From Octopus sinensis (taxonomy: Eukaryota): a stretch of DNA of 64,000 nt. A program made the position numbers and the translations under genes. The notes under the pieces are model-generated. The model was not told where the DNA came from, ran no database searches, and saw only the letters and a program-made list of their open reading frames with translations. Of this stretch, positions 25,668 to 40,015 are shown piece by piece; position 1 is the first letter of the stretch, and every line of letters begins with the position of its first letter. The DNA lies in contig NW_021833726.1 in assembly GCF_006345805.1 (NCBI RefSeq), forward strand, positions 1,172 through 65,171. The letters run 5' to 3'.

Positions 25668-26964
25668 ATAAACATATATGTGTTATTTTTCACCAATTTA
25701 TGAAAAACACAGCGTTTGATTGTTTTTTTCTTTCTTCTTCATCAGTCTAGACTTATTCTACCATTACTTCTTCCATTCCATCATATGCCATTGGCAAAGT
25801 CTTCTGAGGTTTTGCCTGCAAACTGCGATAAAAAAACAAATACTAAATACTTGCAATACTACAGTTGATATTATTTTAATAGTTTTCTACTTTGCATTAG
25901 GGTCCTAACTCCATGTATTTATGATTAAAATAATCTTTCTGTGTCGGCTTCCACGATGCTTATAGTAATCACATTTTAGTTTGGTTTTCCGTCTAGTCTC
26001 GCTAATTTACTTTTGCTTGTAGTTAAGTTTGTAGTAACTGTAACTTATTACTGTAACAACTATAGCATTGAGGCCTACTACCTTGCTTCTGTCCATTAAT
26101 TCTGTGTTAAGTATTAATGAAGGTCGTCTGTAATATTCCTTCCCATTCTTCCATTTGTTTGTATTGTACACTGTCTAGTTCATTAATTCCTAAGTATGTG
26201 TACGCTTTTCAGTCAAATTCTCTTCTCCCTATTTCTTTCCGAACTGACGTTTGGTGTTCTTAATTAATTTTCCTTACGAGTGTATGCATAAGCGTAGCAA
26301 CGTGACGAAGATCTCACTTCACAATTTTGTGGTTACGGATTCGATTTTACAACGCCGTCACTTCGTGTTTACTAACTGCTTTCTATCATTACTTCTTATT
26401 AACAAATGCCTTTATAAATGAGATTTAGTTAACAACGACTGAGAAATTTATTTGAAACATGTTAGAGATAATTTTCCTTTCTGGTCGATAGATCTAATCT
26501 GTTACCTGGTTCAACACCCTCACTTGATCCTTGTGCGAATTTAGATAAGGATTCTATATAAGAATTCCTGTCAGGTTCCGGTCCGGTGATACCTTTCTCC
26601 CCTCCTATCAACAGCTATGGGAGACCTTAAAATGATCCATGCGTACTGCGCTTCCTTCTAACACTAACTCATTAGAAAAGAAAATAACATTTCTAATTCT
26701 TTCTAAGTCTATGTTTGGTGCAATTCTATTAGCTCTGCATTCCATCTAACATAAAATTAGTGCTTTTAATTTTTCCTCTCCAATCCGACTTTTATATCTT
26801 TAATATCAGTTTTTCAAGCGTTCAGTTAATAGTAAAATTTCTAGGTGCATGGCCACCTGCAGCATACGATAAAGAGTTATCTTTATACAAAAGGCATTGA
26901 GTGTCCTTTCACATCATTTGTATCTGAATCTAGCCAGTTTTAATATGTTTAAATACGTTAACAC

Positions 26965-27310
26965 CGTGTAGAAACAGGCGCATTGCTTGGTTGCTAGGAG
27001 TATTCGGATCACGAACGTAAGGCTGTGAATTCGAAAACAGGCGGCGCGTTGAGACCTTCAGCGAGACACTTTTTGTTTTACGTTGCTCCAGTCCACTCGG
27101 CTGGCAAAAATGGGTTGTACCAGTAATTCCAAAGGGGGTCAACCTTGTCACACTCTGTGTGTCCCACTGAATCTCCTTGAGAGATCTACGCTAAGGATTA
27201 ATTCATGTGTCTATGGAGTGCTCAGCCTCTTGTACCCGACGGAGTGCCACCCCAAGAGTTAAGTGGAAGAGAAAAGATGAACTGGAGCAGTGTGGCGATG
27301 AGTTTTGCTA
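26965..27310 (+). mobile_element. OR1-like SINE
   Basis: gttgctccagtccactcggctggcaaaaatgg..ccttgtcacactctgtg. Confidence 0.6.
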
Positions 27311-27324
27311 ATACTTTATGCTTT

Positions 27325-27414
27325 TTCTCTTTTTCTCTTTTACTCGTTTCAGTCATTTGACTGCGGCCATGCTGGAGCACCACCTTTAGTCGAGCAAATC
27401 GACCCCGGGACTTA
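27325..27414 (-). mobile_element. 5'-truncated OR2-like SINE tail
   Basis: ttttactcgtttcagtcatttgactgcggccatgctggagcaccacctttagtcgagc. Confidence 0.8.
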
Positions 27415-27666
27415 ATGCATAAATCTACAATTTTATACGTCATATATCGTTGGTTGAGTGAGAAAAGTCTGAATGTCTTGCTATCTTCTATTTGCTCTTT
27501 TGTGTAACTTTTAAAAATATTCGCTCCGTATGGACGCTCAGCGGTTTTACTTGTTCTCTTTCAACGTTTCTTGAATTGCTTTCATTGGTTATTTTGTTTT
27601 GATATTCGTTTTCTGGGATCCTTACGTTTTCTCTTATATGTCATAATTTCTCCAATTTTTAGACGA

Positions 27667-27727
<61 letters not shown>

Positions 27728-27890
27728 GTGTGCGTGCGTGCGTGCGTGCGCGTGTGTAGCTGTGGGAAAACACATTGTATATGGTCGCTGCAGGAAGTCA
27801 GAGAAAGACAGACGCGTTTCGCTTTTGTGGTCAAGTCAATGCGGTGCACCTCATTGTCACCTTCTTAAACGAAATTTTTATTTCAATACA

Positions 27891-27959
<69 letters not shown>

Positions 27960-28221
27960 TAATAATAATAATAATAATAAAATGGGGAACTATTGAATTT
28001 CCTTAACATTTAAAAACTAATACTAATTATAATAAAAATAATGATGGTTTATTTGTTAGCCATATGAAGAGCTCACCATAAAATACAAAACATTTCATAC
28101 AGACAAAATTAAAAACATGTCTCAGTATCTAGCGATTTCTAGCCTTTATGCCGCCTTAATTTATCGTATTCACACACACACACACACACACATGCACACA
28201 CAACACACACACACACACACA

Positions 28222-28260
<39 letters not shown>

Positions 28261-28379
28261 ACATTCTGACTGTATCAAGGAGATAGACAAAATTTAAGCG
28301 TTCAGACACCATAAGGACACTTTAATTCATCCAGCGGTTATGGATAATACTTTTTGACGATGATTTCAGATAATTAGTA

Positions 28380-28838
28380 AGAGTCCTCGTCAAAAGCCTT
28401 CAGGTGTCGGCATACGGACTATCAGAACTGTGGTGCATGAGGACATTCGACACAGGTCGTATGTACTGAGGAGAGGCCAAATCGTTTCAGCAAAAGCAGA
28501 AGAAAACCGTTTGATCTGTACCAAGCAGTTATTTAGTAAGGCTAAAAGCTCTTACGAACATGGTATACTTTGGTTTGTCTCTGACGAGACAAATTTCGAC
28601 CAAGACCAAAAGTATAACAGGAGAAATGATAGATGGGTATGTGCAAATCCTGGTCGTGTCCACAGAGGGATGTCCACTAAGTTCCCAGCAACTATGATGG
28701 TTTTAGGAATGGTGAGTAACGGATATCATGTTATGCCACCTCATATCTTTAACTGGGGCCTTAAAATTAATGTTGCTGGATACGTTGAAGAGTATCAGGC
28801 ATATATACATACACACGTACATACATATATATATATAA

Positions 28839-28896
<58 letters not shown>

Positions 28897-29420
28897 ATAT
28901 GTATATATATATAGAGAGAGAGAGGGGGAGGGAGAGAGAGGGGGAGAGAGAGTTGTTAAGCCCTGAATGGATGAAGTACTCAATGAAAGGGCATACGAGT
29001 TTCAACAAGTCTCGGCACTTCACAAAGCTTACGTAAGGCAAGAATAGATGTTAGACAATTTTTTATGATCACGTGTCATCAAAATTGTAACCTCCAAATC
29101 AGATTTAAATGCCATGGGCTATAATGTTTGGAGCATTGTTGAGAGGAAGACTAGGCAACATCCTCAAAATGCCATAGCTTCACTGAAGGCTGCCATTGTT
29201 CAGGTGATTTCTGAAATAAGTAAAAGCTATTTGGTGTAGGCTTGTCAAATATTCTGGTCCTGCATTGAAACAATCATCAAAGATAAAGGTGGAGTCACAG
29301 AATAATCTTAGAAGAAGGCTTATCGACAACTTGTCCACGAAATTTTATTCGGCTTTTGATAAATTAAAGTTGTCTTTTTGAATTACCAAATATATCTCCA
29401 AATACCTCGCACACCTTGTA
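28380..29420 (+). mobile_element. maT/DD37D-like Tc1-mariner transposase remnant interrupted by a microsatellite
   Basis: WFVSDETNFDQDQKYNRRNDRW, KFPATMMVLGMVSN, VMPPHIF, then VVKP..DLNAMGYNVWSIVERKT..SLKAAIV..KDKGGVTE*; TIR-like end cacaccttgta. Confidence 0.85.
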
Positions 29421-30829
29421 TCGTTTCGTTTTTCTCCTGGGACGTTACTATCTGTATATACTATCTGCATATTACTGTGTATCTATCCTTGTAACTCAAC
29501 CGTCAAAGCCTTCACAGATCTGACTGTACGTCGCTCCAACTGTATGTAGATCGATGTGGTACCTTAGCTTTTTCCTTTTGCTTCTACACAATCGTTTGGT
29601 TTTGCAATGGCGATAATTATCATACCATTGGTAATTTCTATTTGGAAAATAATTTCAAGCTTATTATGTGCGACATGGTAGCTTGTCAATATGTTCAATT
29701 TTAAAGTTACTTTTACATTGTAACATGTTAGGCTGAGTGACGTTCATATGAGACTAAGGAATTCTTCCTTGAAACAGTTGAAATGTACTGGTAATATCTT
29801 TATTTTGCAAACAAGTTTTCCCCTTTCGTATATTGACGAAATGGACTAGTTCATATCCACTCACACAAATTTCGAACTATAAAAACACACTTTAAGCATT
29901 AAACTGACAACGAATAAAGTACGAACTGGGATAATTTGCAGAAGATTTCATATAATGTGAAAGGAAAACTTATGATACTTTTATTTTATCGATACTAACC
30001 CTAAGAATAGTTTTAGTAATTTGACAAACAATAAGAAGAGCATTCAAGTCCAAGAAAAAGTCTAGGCATATCGCGAATATAGTGAGATACAAACCTACCC
30101 CGAAATCCTTACTACAGTGAAGGGGTAGCGCAATTGGAACTTGTCCTGATTATTACATAATATAGGCTTCAAATAAAAGTGAATATGAACCGGAAGGCTT
30201 TGCACCAAAACACATGCAATTTAAATCTTGAAAATTACTTTTCTGATCAGAGTGATTTGGGCGATTCGCTTCGCAATGGCAACAACGTACATCTTTGCCT
30301 GCAAAAATTACTTTACAGATATCGCTTCCAAGGAGGAAGTTTTAGATATGGACTTCATTTTGAGAAAATATTTTCAATTGTAACTTAAAAATGTCTTCCC
30401 GCTCGCAGTATCCCGAGTTATAACAAACGTTTCTTCAAACAGTAAACAAAAAGAAGAGACAGAACACGAATGCTTTGCAAAAATATGCATAATACTTTAA
30501 AAGGAAAACATAATATTGGAAACCAGGACATACCATAATAACACTAGAAGTAGCTTTAGTGATTCAGGTAGCAACAACAACAGTACTCACTCTCTAATAT
30601 AAGTTGCCCCAGCAAGAATTTTACAAATTAGCATTGGGAAAATTTGATTGGATGAAGTCTTGTTTGAAAAAAGTATGAGCTGTCGCAAAAGACTGTATTG
30701 ACTTTCCAAGGATTTGCGATAGAGCTAATGAACAGAGACGTGGCATATTTTTGCTTCGCGAAGAAACAGTGAGTATTTCTCTGTGTCCTTGGTGAAACAA
30801 TAGAAGGAGGATTTGTTCATTGTATGGAT

Positions 30830-31760
30830 TCATGTGCTGCCAATCGACTTAACCAAAGCATAGGGTGTTGCCTTCTTAGCCAAGACTAAGGTCGATGCTG
30901 ACACGGATATAATGCGGCGGATACCCATCTATAGTCGAGTAAGGTCGTAGTACGAGGATCAGTACAATACATGGGTAACAAGAGGATCAGAAGCATCGGT
31001 GACAACATTTGGTCCTGATTCATTGTCACCTTTCAAGTGCGGAATGTTCAAATACAATGAGCGAAGGTGATGAGAAATAACATGTAGGCTGAAAAAGGTG
31101 ACCATTAACTTGTAAGTTCTTGCGATCTCCGAAAACCATTGGACTATTCATAAACTCTGTCATGTAACGGGCACAAATAAAAAGCGAAGTGGCTGGTGGT
31201 GGTGGTGGGGAGTAGAAAGATGGAGAGGAGCGGCGGATAACAACAACAAAAACGGCTGGTTCCGGAGACTTGTTTCAGCAGTAATGACAGTCGAATCTTC
31301 GGTAATGGCGGAAGAGACCGCCTCGACCTCGGTTTCAGAAGCCGAAGCGACCGAAATCCCTTTCCTTGTATTACCATTATTATTATCCTACTGACATGTT
31401 ACAATGAGGAACGGATGGCATTTTGAGAAAAGCGGCAGAAGATTGTGAGAAAACAGGATCAAAGAAAGATCGCAAAAACAAAACTCCTAGAATACAAAGG
31501 AAAGCGCCACTGCCCGGAAAAACAAGAACTTCATCGTGCTAAGAAAGAGCAACGTAAGTCTGAGATGCGTTCTTGGTGTTTCCAAAGACGATAATGAACG
31601 ATAACGGTGGGGAGGAAAATGTATGGCAAAAGAGATAAGCGAAAGCTAGGAATTGTAAGGAAAACCATATCAATGCTCTATCTAAGCATAGGTTGTTGAT
31701 CAAGAAGAAAAGGCAATTTTTGTTTTTTACTACAACCAATGCATAAAATGTCCATGGACG
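30830..31760 (+). mobile_element. Highly decayed LINE (RTE-like) with APE endonuclease N-terminal remnant
   Basis: TFQVRNV and VLAISENHWT resemble APE motifs I-II; the rest is poorly translatable. Confidence 0.4.
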
Positions 31761-31929
31761 CCTTTTGGAACATCTGATTTCAATACAATGGGAAGTAGGC
31801 AGGTAGAATAATTGTGCTTTTACTCCACCAGCTCATCGGTTTTCGGTCCTCTGTGGTTGGGTTATCCAATTTGCGCTTAAATGTTGTGAATTATATCTCG
31901 TCCTAAATACTGATTTTTATATTCAAAAG

Positions 31930-32113
31930 TCATTGGAATGCAACTAAAGAGAGGAGCCGCCTGGAAGGGTTTAGTCAAAGACTCATCCAGTACTTATCTT
32001 AACATCTGTGCTTAGTCCACCGCACTTCTTTTTTACTGAAGCACTAAGTTACTAAAATGTAGACATACCAACAATTGTTCTCAAGTGATGATGGGATAAA
32101 AACACAAAAACTC

Positions 32114-32178
<65 letters not shown>

Positions 32179-32330
32179 TATATTTACGATGATCTTCCAC
32201 TTAGTTGGCACTTCCAAATTCATTCAGATGGCATTGGTCGGCCTAAGACTATAGTGAAAGTTACATGCGTTCCAAATCAGGCCTTGGCATTGAGACCCCG
32301 TGTTTGCGAGGTGAAGTTCTTAACCCAATA
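31930..32330 (-). mobile_element. Decayed OR2-like SINE with (AC)n
   Basis: ttggtcggcctaagactatagt..ccttggca. Confidence 0.6.
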
Positions 32331-32534
32331 GCAACATCAGCGTCTATAATGCTATATCCATTCCATTTTGTTTTAAATAATTCAAATATTTATGTTCGTT
32401 GTAAAATGTCCTCACTTCACCCTCCATTTCTTTATAACTTTTTACTTATTGCGCGTTTGTAAACAATATGCCGATGTTTTTATTTAGTTTTATGCATAAA
32501 TTAGCAGCAAATACAGAAATTACTTTTATTATCA

Positions 32535-32985
32535 TTGTTGAGTGAAAGAGCAGTGGCCACCATCAAAGTGACACTGGAGTATAATACACGAGGGTACATG
32601 AAGCACATGCATCACGACCATATATGCGCGACATGGTGATTTCATATCAAGGTATACATTTCATGATCTTGAATGGTGGGGTCCAGTTAGAATTTTCTTC
32701 GGGTCGAGTAGCCCACCCCTCTGAAAAGGTCCACGAATAAGGGTTGTTTAAAGATGATAAACATAACACCCATGTTTCCAAAGGTGAATTATTCTAACTC
32801 AAAGAATTCCTCTCAACACATGGCTATGATGCTCACCAACTACTTCTGCTCGTGATCAGAGATGCACATATCGTCAGCCAACAAGGGGCATGCTCAACTG
32901 GTTAAGGTCAAGCAAATGACAAGCAAATCTGTGTATTGAGCAAAATATTTGCTGTAGCCCATCTTGTACACCAAGGAAAAATATT
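32535..32985 (-). mobile_element. (TAA)n-tailed repeat family, copy 2
   Basis: Reverse-complement homologue of 4017-4484. Confidence 0.75.
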
Positions 32986-33053
32986 TACATGTTAACATTA
33001 CCAATTAAATTAAGATCAGAAGCCATGAGATCCACTGATTTGTATTTATTCAG

Positions 33054-33094
<41 letters not shown>

Positions 33095-33103
33095 TTATTA
33101 TTA

Positions 33104-33136
<33 letters not shown>

Positions 33137-33139
33137 CAT

Positions 33140-33345
33140 TCAGTAGTTTTATTTTTATAGCGTGCTTTCACTTCACTACCGAGCACAGCTCTGTGTGCCT
33201 TGGGTATGTGCTGTGATTTGTTGTGATGCTCTGATGGTTATTGTATGGAAAGTGTTCTGCGTAGGATGTGTGCAGTGCCTAGTAGTGCAATTTTCTGTAT
33301 GTTATATGTGTTTGTAAGTCCTGGTGTTTTTGTTATGTATTTGTC
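33140..33345 (-). mobile_element. Severely 5'-truncated R4/Dong element inside a (TAA)n tract
   Basis: KYITKTPGLTNTYNIQKIALLGTAHILRRTLSIQ* plus 3' UTR; (TAT)n on both sides. Confidence 0.88.
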
Positions 33346-33362
33346 TATTATTATTATTATTG

Positions 33363-33421
<59 letters not shown>

Positions 33422-33639
33422 TTGTTGTGGTTGTTGTTAAAATCATTACAAGTTATAATAGTAAGAATGTTGTCTAGAGATTCGGTGACAAGTTTCTCAA
33501 ATTTCAAGAAGCTTTCTTAAGATTCTTGCAGAATACAGGGTTGCATTTTTCTGCAGGTTGAAAATCCGAGACTCAATTCCAGTAATTGAGAGTTGTGTAA
33601 AGTGCATCAGTTACCGTAGGAATAGTTGTTATTTTAGTC

Positions 33640-33812
33640 TTCCACAGTCTTTCCCGTCTTTTTGTGTTCAAATTCCGCCGAGGTTGACTTTGCGTTTCAT
33701 CCTGTTGGATTTGCTAGAATACGTACTTGTCAAGCACTTGCGTGAATGTAATCGATTAGACCTTTACACCCCAAAATTTCAGGCCTTATGTCTATAGTGG
33801 AAAGGATTATTA
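33640..33812 (+). mobile_element. SINE
   Basis: gttcaaattccgccgaggttgactttgcgtttcatcc..aaaatttcaggcctt. Confidence 0.75.
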
Positions 33813-33939
33813 TATAATATTGCAAAGACTATGATCTCACACAACTTCTTTCGTCTTCTATCTAGTTTTCTTGCTTCTTTAGAATATTCAATCTTTATGA
33901 GAATACCCCATAAAATCTTTTAATTTTTATTGTCTATCA

Positions 33940-34420
33940 CAGCCTCTGGCTTATGTTCATACCACTTTTCCGCTACTTTGGCTCCACACACTCAGCTAAC
34001 AATCGGTCACCCTTGCATTTATACTTATTTTTGTGTGCCAGTTTACTTCATCTTCTCAAGAGATGCTTAATTCTTTCGACTCCTATTCGCAGAAAGTTGT
34101 GCATTTGCTCTCTGAGTTTTACCAATTTTTGCCGTTATCAAATTCCTCCTAATGGCTTGTCCTTGAGCAGCTATAATTAGTGTTTCGGTTTCTCGTTTCA
34201 TATTTCCATACGTTGATCACAGCAGCCTCAGCTTTACTGCATGAAACAGCCATGAAATATTTTTCTTCTATCTGCTTCCTTTCTTATTCTTCCTTCTGTT
34301 CTTGAATTTTCCTGCTATTTTGGTAATCTTTCAGACATTTCTAACCGCTGATAGCGTTCTTTCTTCATTACATATCACATAGTGTTTTTAAACCCGATAT
34401 CGTAATAGAAACGCTGTCTT
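33940..34420 (-). mobile_element. Old R4/Dong-clade fragment
   Basis: Minus-strand KRETETLIIAAQGQAIRRN followed by decayed knuckle region. Confidence 0.6.
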
Positions 34421-34489
34421 CTGAGTTTAGCGTTTCTCTGCCTTACTTCTACATCGGTAAGTAGAGGTTATCGATAACGTATTATTCGT

Positions 34490-34620
34490 ATAGACATTCT
34501 GTGTTCAAATTCTGCCGAGGAGGTCCGTTACCTATCATTCTTTTCCGGTCGATAAAATAACTACCAGTTGAGTACTAAGGTCGATGTAATCGACTTACAC
34601 CTCCACCCACCAAAATGTGT
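34490..34620 (+). mobile_element. SINE
   Basis: gttcaaattctgccgagg..gtcgataaaataactaccag. Confidence 0.7.
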
Positions 34621-34664
34621 AACAACTATTATTATTATTATTATTGTCATCATCATCATCATCA

Positions 34665-34733
<69 letters not shown>

Positions 34734-34861
34734 TATTATTATATATTATTATTATTTTCTTTTTATCACAGGTTTTGTTGGAACTCCTTGAATCTTACAT
34801 GCGTAGCGGACTTACCACCTGCAGCCTACGGTACCATGCTATTTGCTCTTTTCAGCTATCT

Positions 34862-35400
34862 GATACGTTCCTGATTATTCTGGTTATGCCAAGGAGGTAA
34901 ACCTTTCGTAACAGTTCTACAGGGCAAGCTATTCCAATTTTCTTTATATTCCCCTTGATGCCTTCTCATACTATTCCGAAGGACCCAACAATAATTGACA
35001 CTATCTGCACTTTCTTCATTTTCTATAACCGGTCAATTTCGTACTTAAGAGGGTTGTATCTATCTATCTTTTTGTTTTCCCCCTTGATTATTAATGGGTC
35101 AAAGGGGCATGCAACATCAACTATATAGCACATGTGATGCACCTTGTCCGCCACCGCTAGGTCCGGTCTGTTATACTCTAACACCTGATCTGTTTGAATT
35201 AGGAAATCCCAGAGGATTTTGCTAGTCTCCGACTCCTCCACTCTCTGTAGTTTGTGCTCATACCACGTCTGTTTTTGCTCATACCACGTCATAAAACAGA
35301 GAAAAAGACACCACCCTTTCCTCTTAATGACAGTTAGAAAGACAGTAAAAGCGTTCGAAGAGAAATGCACTTTCCGTGGAGAGGAGATCTTCTGGGGGTG
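34862..35400 (-). mobile_element. R4/Dong-clade REL endonuclease 3' end
   Basis: ILWDFLIQTD..RPDLAV..IVDVACPFD..KIDRYNPLKYEIDRL*..VGSFG..LLGITRIIR; (TAA)n downstream. Confidence 0.88.
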
Positions 35401-35602
35401 AGGAATTCTTGTTTTAGGTGTTGATCGTTCTTGGTGTGTATTTTGAAATTATTGTATGTACTTATATAAACCTAAAATGTTTCCTGATATTTATTTGTAC
35501 ATAACTTTTTGCATCAATCTACAAATCTCAGTAAGTCTCGGTTTAACATTGTATTACGCATTTCATTGTACGTTTCGTGTCCTTCTAGCTTATAAACAAT
35601 TA

Positions 35603-35665
<63 letters not shown>

Positions 35666-35689
35666 TATTATGGTTTGGCTCAGGTACGG

Positions 35690-36360
35690 TCTTATTCCTG
35701 GTAGGATTTATATGGATAACCGGTTACCACCAGTAACCTTAGGTATCCATAAGTTTTCAGCAGTCCCCAATCTTCTTCTTCTTCTTCTGCTTCTTCTTCT
35801 TCTTTGTTTCTCGCTCCTGTTTTATTTTCTTATATTCTGTTTCAGTCTCCAGCTTCTTCCTCATCTGACAGCTGAAATAAGCCTTCCTCAGCTGCTTCTT
35901 CTTACATATTCTTTTATGTCCCATTCTGCCATCTTTACACAGTCTTCTATTGATATCAGTCCCTGGCCCCACCGTCCTTCGTGGAGGGTATAACCTATCG
36001 ACACTGTCGCTGGGATGTGGCAACCTGTACACCGACGTTGTCCTTCTGGTTTTACAATATATATATATATCTCACTTCTTTTTTCGTTCAGTTCAGGAAA
36101 ACAAAACATTATCGTATTAGAGATGCTGCTTATGTGTTAACTACAGAGATGCTTTTTCTCTCCATTCAATTTTGAGCTTAGCACCTTTTTCCCCTCTCTT
36201 GAGATATTCGCTTCTCACCTTTTTAACAGAACACATAATTATTTGTAACTGTCGCCCTCATTCAATGCTCGGAACGATGTCTTATTTGGAAGTTCAATCA
36301 CTTCTGACTTGATATTTAGCATCGCACATTTATCTATTTCAAGCCCTTTCTTCTGTGTCG
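35690..36360 (-). mobile_element. Deleted R4/Dong-clade element (RT domains 6-7, thumb, C-terminal end)
   Basis: DKCAMLNIK..EGDSYK, HPSDSVDRLY..GLISIEDCVK, LGTA; (AAG)n and (TAA)n embedded. Confidence 0.7.
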
Positions 36361-37331
36361 CTTTTCTGCTGGTATTCTATATACTACTGGCATTCTTTCA
36401 TGGTTAATACTGAGTGACCAGAAACGATTGTGTTGCTTTCGGTGGATTTTAATTGAGTAGATTATCACAATCAAGAATCCATCAATTCCTACATCAAGAG
36501 TTTCACGCTTCTCAGTTTAAATTGCAGTTTTCTCTTGCCTACTTCCAATCAGTTCAGCTTTTCTTCTTCAAGTATTGGTCATGCTAGAGCTTTACATGGA
36601 TTTGTTTTATGATGGAAATTTGTAGACCTAATCTTCGCTTAGATTTTATCTGTTCCATAATTTTTGTGGCTTCATCGTTTTCTTTCTTTTATTATCATTT
36701 CAATTTGTTTTGTATTTGTTGTCTTCCCTGAAAAGTGAAAACATTTAAAATTTTTTATTTGCGTTTAGTAGCTATTTGTATAAATTTATTATAGTTTACC
36801 AACCTACGGTGACTATTTTATAATAGTGCTTTATTATTTGCAGCAAGTCCCTCATATTGCGTTCACGGTAAATATAGCAATTCTCTGTTAGATCTTTGGT
36901 GGTGTATTCTAAATGTAGTCATTATCTACCTTGATTTTCTCTCTGGTCTTGCTTGTTCATTTAGCGTAGAATATTATAACTGCAACTTATCACTGAGACA
37001 GCTACAGTATTGATGCCTATTAGCTAGTTGTTTTCACCTATTCATTTCCTTTTCGTTAATTTGTGTGTATTGTACACATTGATTAGGAATCAATGAACTA
37101 GATAAAGATCATTGATTATTAAGTCATTTGTATGTCTTTGTCAGGTAAAAATTCTCTCGTCGTAATTTCTTTATCTAGCATTATTTGAGTATTCTTAATT
37201 AATGTTCCTTCTTTTAAGATTGCCTGGGCACCTTCTTCTAAACTGAATCACATATAGATTTCTTTGATAAACCTGTCTTTTGGGTGCCATAGCATTTCTA
37301 ATTGCTTATCATTTGAAATGCTTATCCTTTT

Positions 37332-37446
37332 CATCATCATCATCACCACCACCACCACCACCACCACCACCACCACCACCACCACCACCACCACCACCAC
37401 CACCACCACCACCACCACCACCACCACCACCACCCACCACCGCCAC

Positions 37447-37497
<51 letters not shown>
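37332..37497. repeat. (CAT)n(CAC)n(CAT)n microsatellite
   Basis: Direct reading. Confidence 0.97.
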
Positions 37498-40015
37498 TGC
37501 CATTTCTTGAAGAGTTTCATGCAAATTTCTACGGCACCACCGTGTCTGGTTGCATATTCATGAGCTGTGTCTCTACGTTGTTGTGTCTAGTGTTATTTTG
37601 GCGTTTTGTTTGTCGTGTTTTGTTTATGTGCATTTTGAGTCATGTCATTTCGTTGAGTTGCGATTGTGTTTCGTAAACACTCTATCATTTCTGCTGACCG
37701 TGTGTGTTTGTGGACGAGTGTGTTACGTTTTATTATTGGATAGCAAGTGTATTAGAAATACTAGCTGTGTGGGTTGTAGATGCCACAATATCCAGCATCC
37801 ATTGTGTCAGTGTATTTATTGTGCAAGTTTTGAAATTTTATCAGGAAACGGTTGTATAGGATATGTGTTCCCTGTGGGTGTATAGGGAATGTATATATTC
37901 TGTAGGGCATTATTGTTTCAGCAGGAGAATAGATCAGAGACGTAAGTTTGAGGCGTTAAACATGACGCCCTGGTTGTGACCCAGCTGCAGCGTCTGGGCG
38001 GAAAATGAACCCAATAAGGGTTTTTGTGAAGTTTATAAGAAATACAAACGTATAATGGTTAGAACTTATTTGCAGGGACTATGGCAACTTTTATGGCAAG
38101 TTTTCCATAAAAACAAAATTAGAATTACATAACTTTACGGAGAAAGATATTCATGACTACTTGAATATACTCATCTTAAAAATGACATTAAAAGCGCTGC
38201 TTTAATTACCAATACTTAAGTTATCTCTCGTTATGGAAGTTACATCTATGTTAAATACCATATGCTAAAATGATTGAACATATCATCTGATAATATATAC
38301 TTGATGCAAAACAAAATAGCAGAACGTCAACAATTTATTGCCCACCACGACGCGATCTTCGTGAAATACTACTTACCCATACGGTATGGGATAGAGGGCA
38401 ACATTCTACAATGAAATAAAATGTGAGTTTATTGAGAATGACTGGTTTGGGGAATGTTCGTGGTGCACGAAAAAAAAAGATAAACGAACTAAAACTCAAC
38501 TAGCCAGATATTGCTGGCCATGAAATTAACTAAAACATCGTTCCCTCCCGTGAATGTCAACGGATCGTTTAAAGTCATTGTGATCTGTATGCGTGTACGA
38601 AACTACACTTACATATATGTTTGTGAGTTTGAATCGGAAATACATTTGGAATGCATTTGATCAATGCATGTTCCGTTAAAGCTGAATGTATTCGGATTAA
38701 GTACACTGTCAAAAGGTCTTATTAAGTATCTTTATGCCAAACTTAACACACTTGTGTTAATGGATTCAGGAGAGCATTAGATTTGTAATCGTTAACCTAT
38801 TAAACAGCTACATAAAACAGTTTAAAGCACATCCGATAAGAAACACACGCTCGAAGATATAATTATTATATTCCTATATTAGATTAAATTTCACTGACAT
38901 ACCTAGGACTAAACCAAATGATCAAAATTGCTTTCTGTAGCGTTTTTGGATTATTTCTAAAGTCTGATTTGTACATCTCCCTTAGTTTTCTATCAGTCAA
39001 TATCGTAATCATCATCACAAGGCTCTTAGTATATTATGTTTTGGAGGCATACAATGTCAGAATATTCGAATTTAATTAACTCTGTATAAAAAGACATTCT
39101 TAAGTATGCTCTAAAATAATTTTAGAGTTATAATCCCTTGAACACTGGTTCTCAGACGCAAGGCACTTGGCTCCCAAGGAAGAAACAACAAGGGGAGGAT
39201 GTACCGTGAGCGCGATATTTCCCTTTGTTTCGTTTTGTATTTTTCCATTATCGTCCGCTTTTCAATCCGTTCATTTTTCGTGCATGCTTGTCTAATGTCT
39301 GATTGTTTCCATACTGAGGATTATGGGTAGGTGTTGAAATTGTAATCACATTTCATCGAAAACAGATGAGAAATTTGAACGTGTTGGCGTTCGTTCGAAT
39401 TGTTTCCACTTTTTCTGCAAATTTTCGGAGGTATTTTTTCATTACTTCTTATTTGCTTAAAGCTTGAGAAATTATCCTCATGTTTATACGATACTCGATA
39501 ACTGGTTATTATAAATTGCCGAATAGAAACTTGAACATGACAGTCTGGCCATAAATGCCGATACCACCTGTATATATTCCGATATAGGAATTCGGAATCA
39601 TAGGAATTAAATCAAATCGAAGTTTTGTTTTGCGAAGATTTTATATTTTACTCTTTGATGATGTTTAATAAAAAGAAAAAGAATCTTCTTAGCAACAGAT
39701 TGGAGCATTGTATCAAGTGGGAGATATACAATTTGCTGAAATAAGAAATTACCATTTCAACTTATTACAATTAATAAAGAAAATTAATTTCACGAATTGT
39801 TCAATAATTTACAATTAAAAGTATATTGATGAAGAATTAAAATATGATAATTAAAAACTGGACAGAAAGTGAAGAAACCTGGGATCAGAAAAGGATGACT
39901 ATTACCCCAATACTCAGAACCTCTGCCCTAAAGATAATTAATTCTATATTTCTTATGCAGAATAAATAATCCGCTTGTTTATGGTTGTTTATGGAATTTT
40001 TTTCAAACAACACAA

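Noticed and set aside
39310-39352. CUGAGGA...GAA-AUUGUAAU-C
   Set aside because: Neither helix I nor helix II can form.
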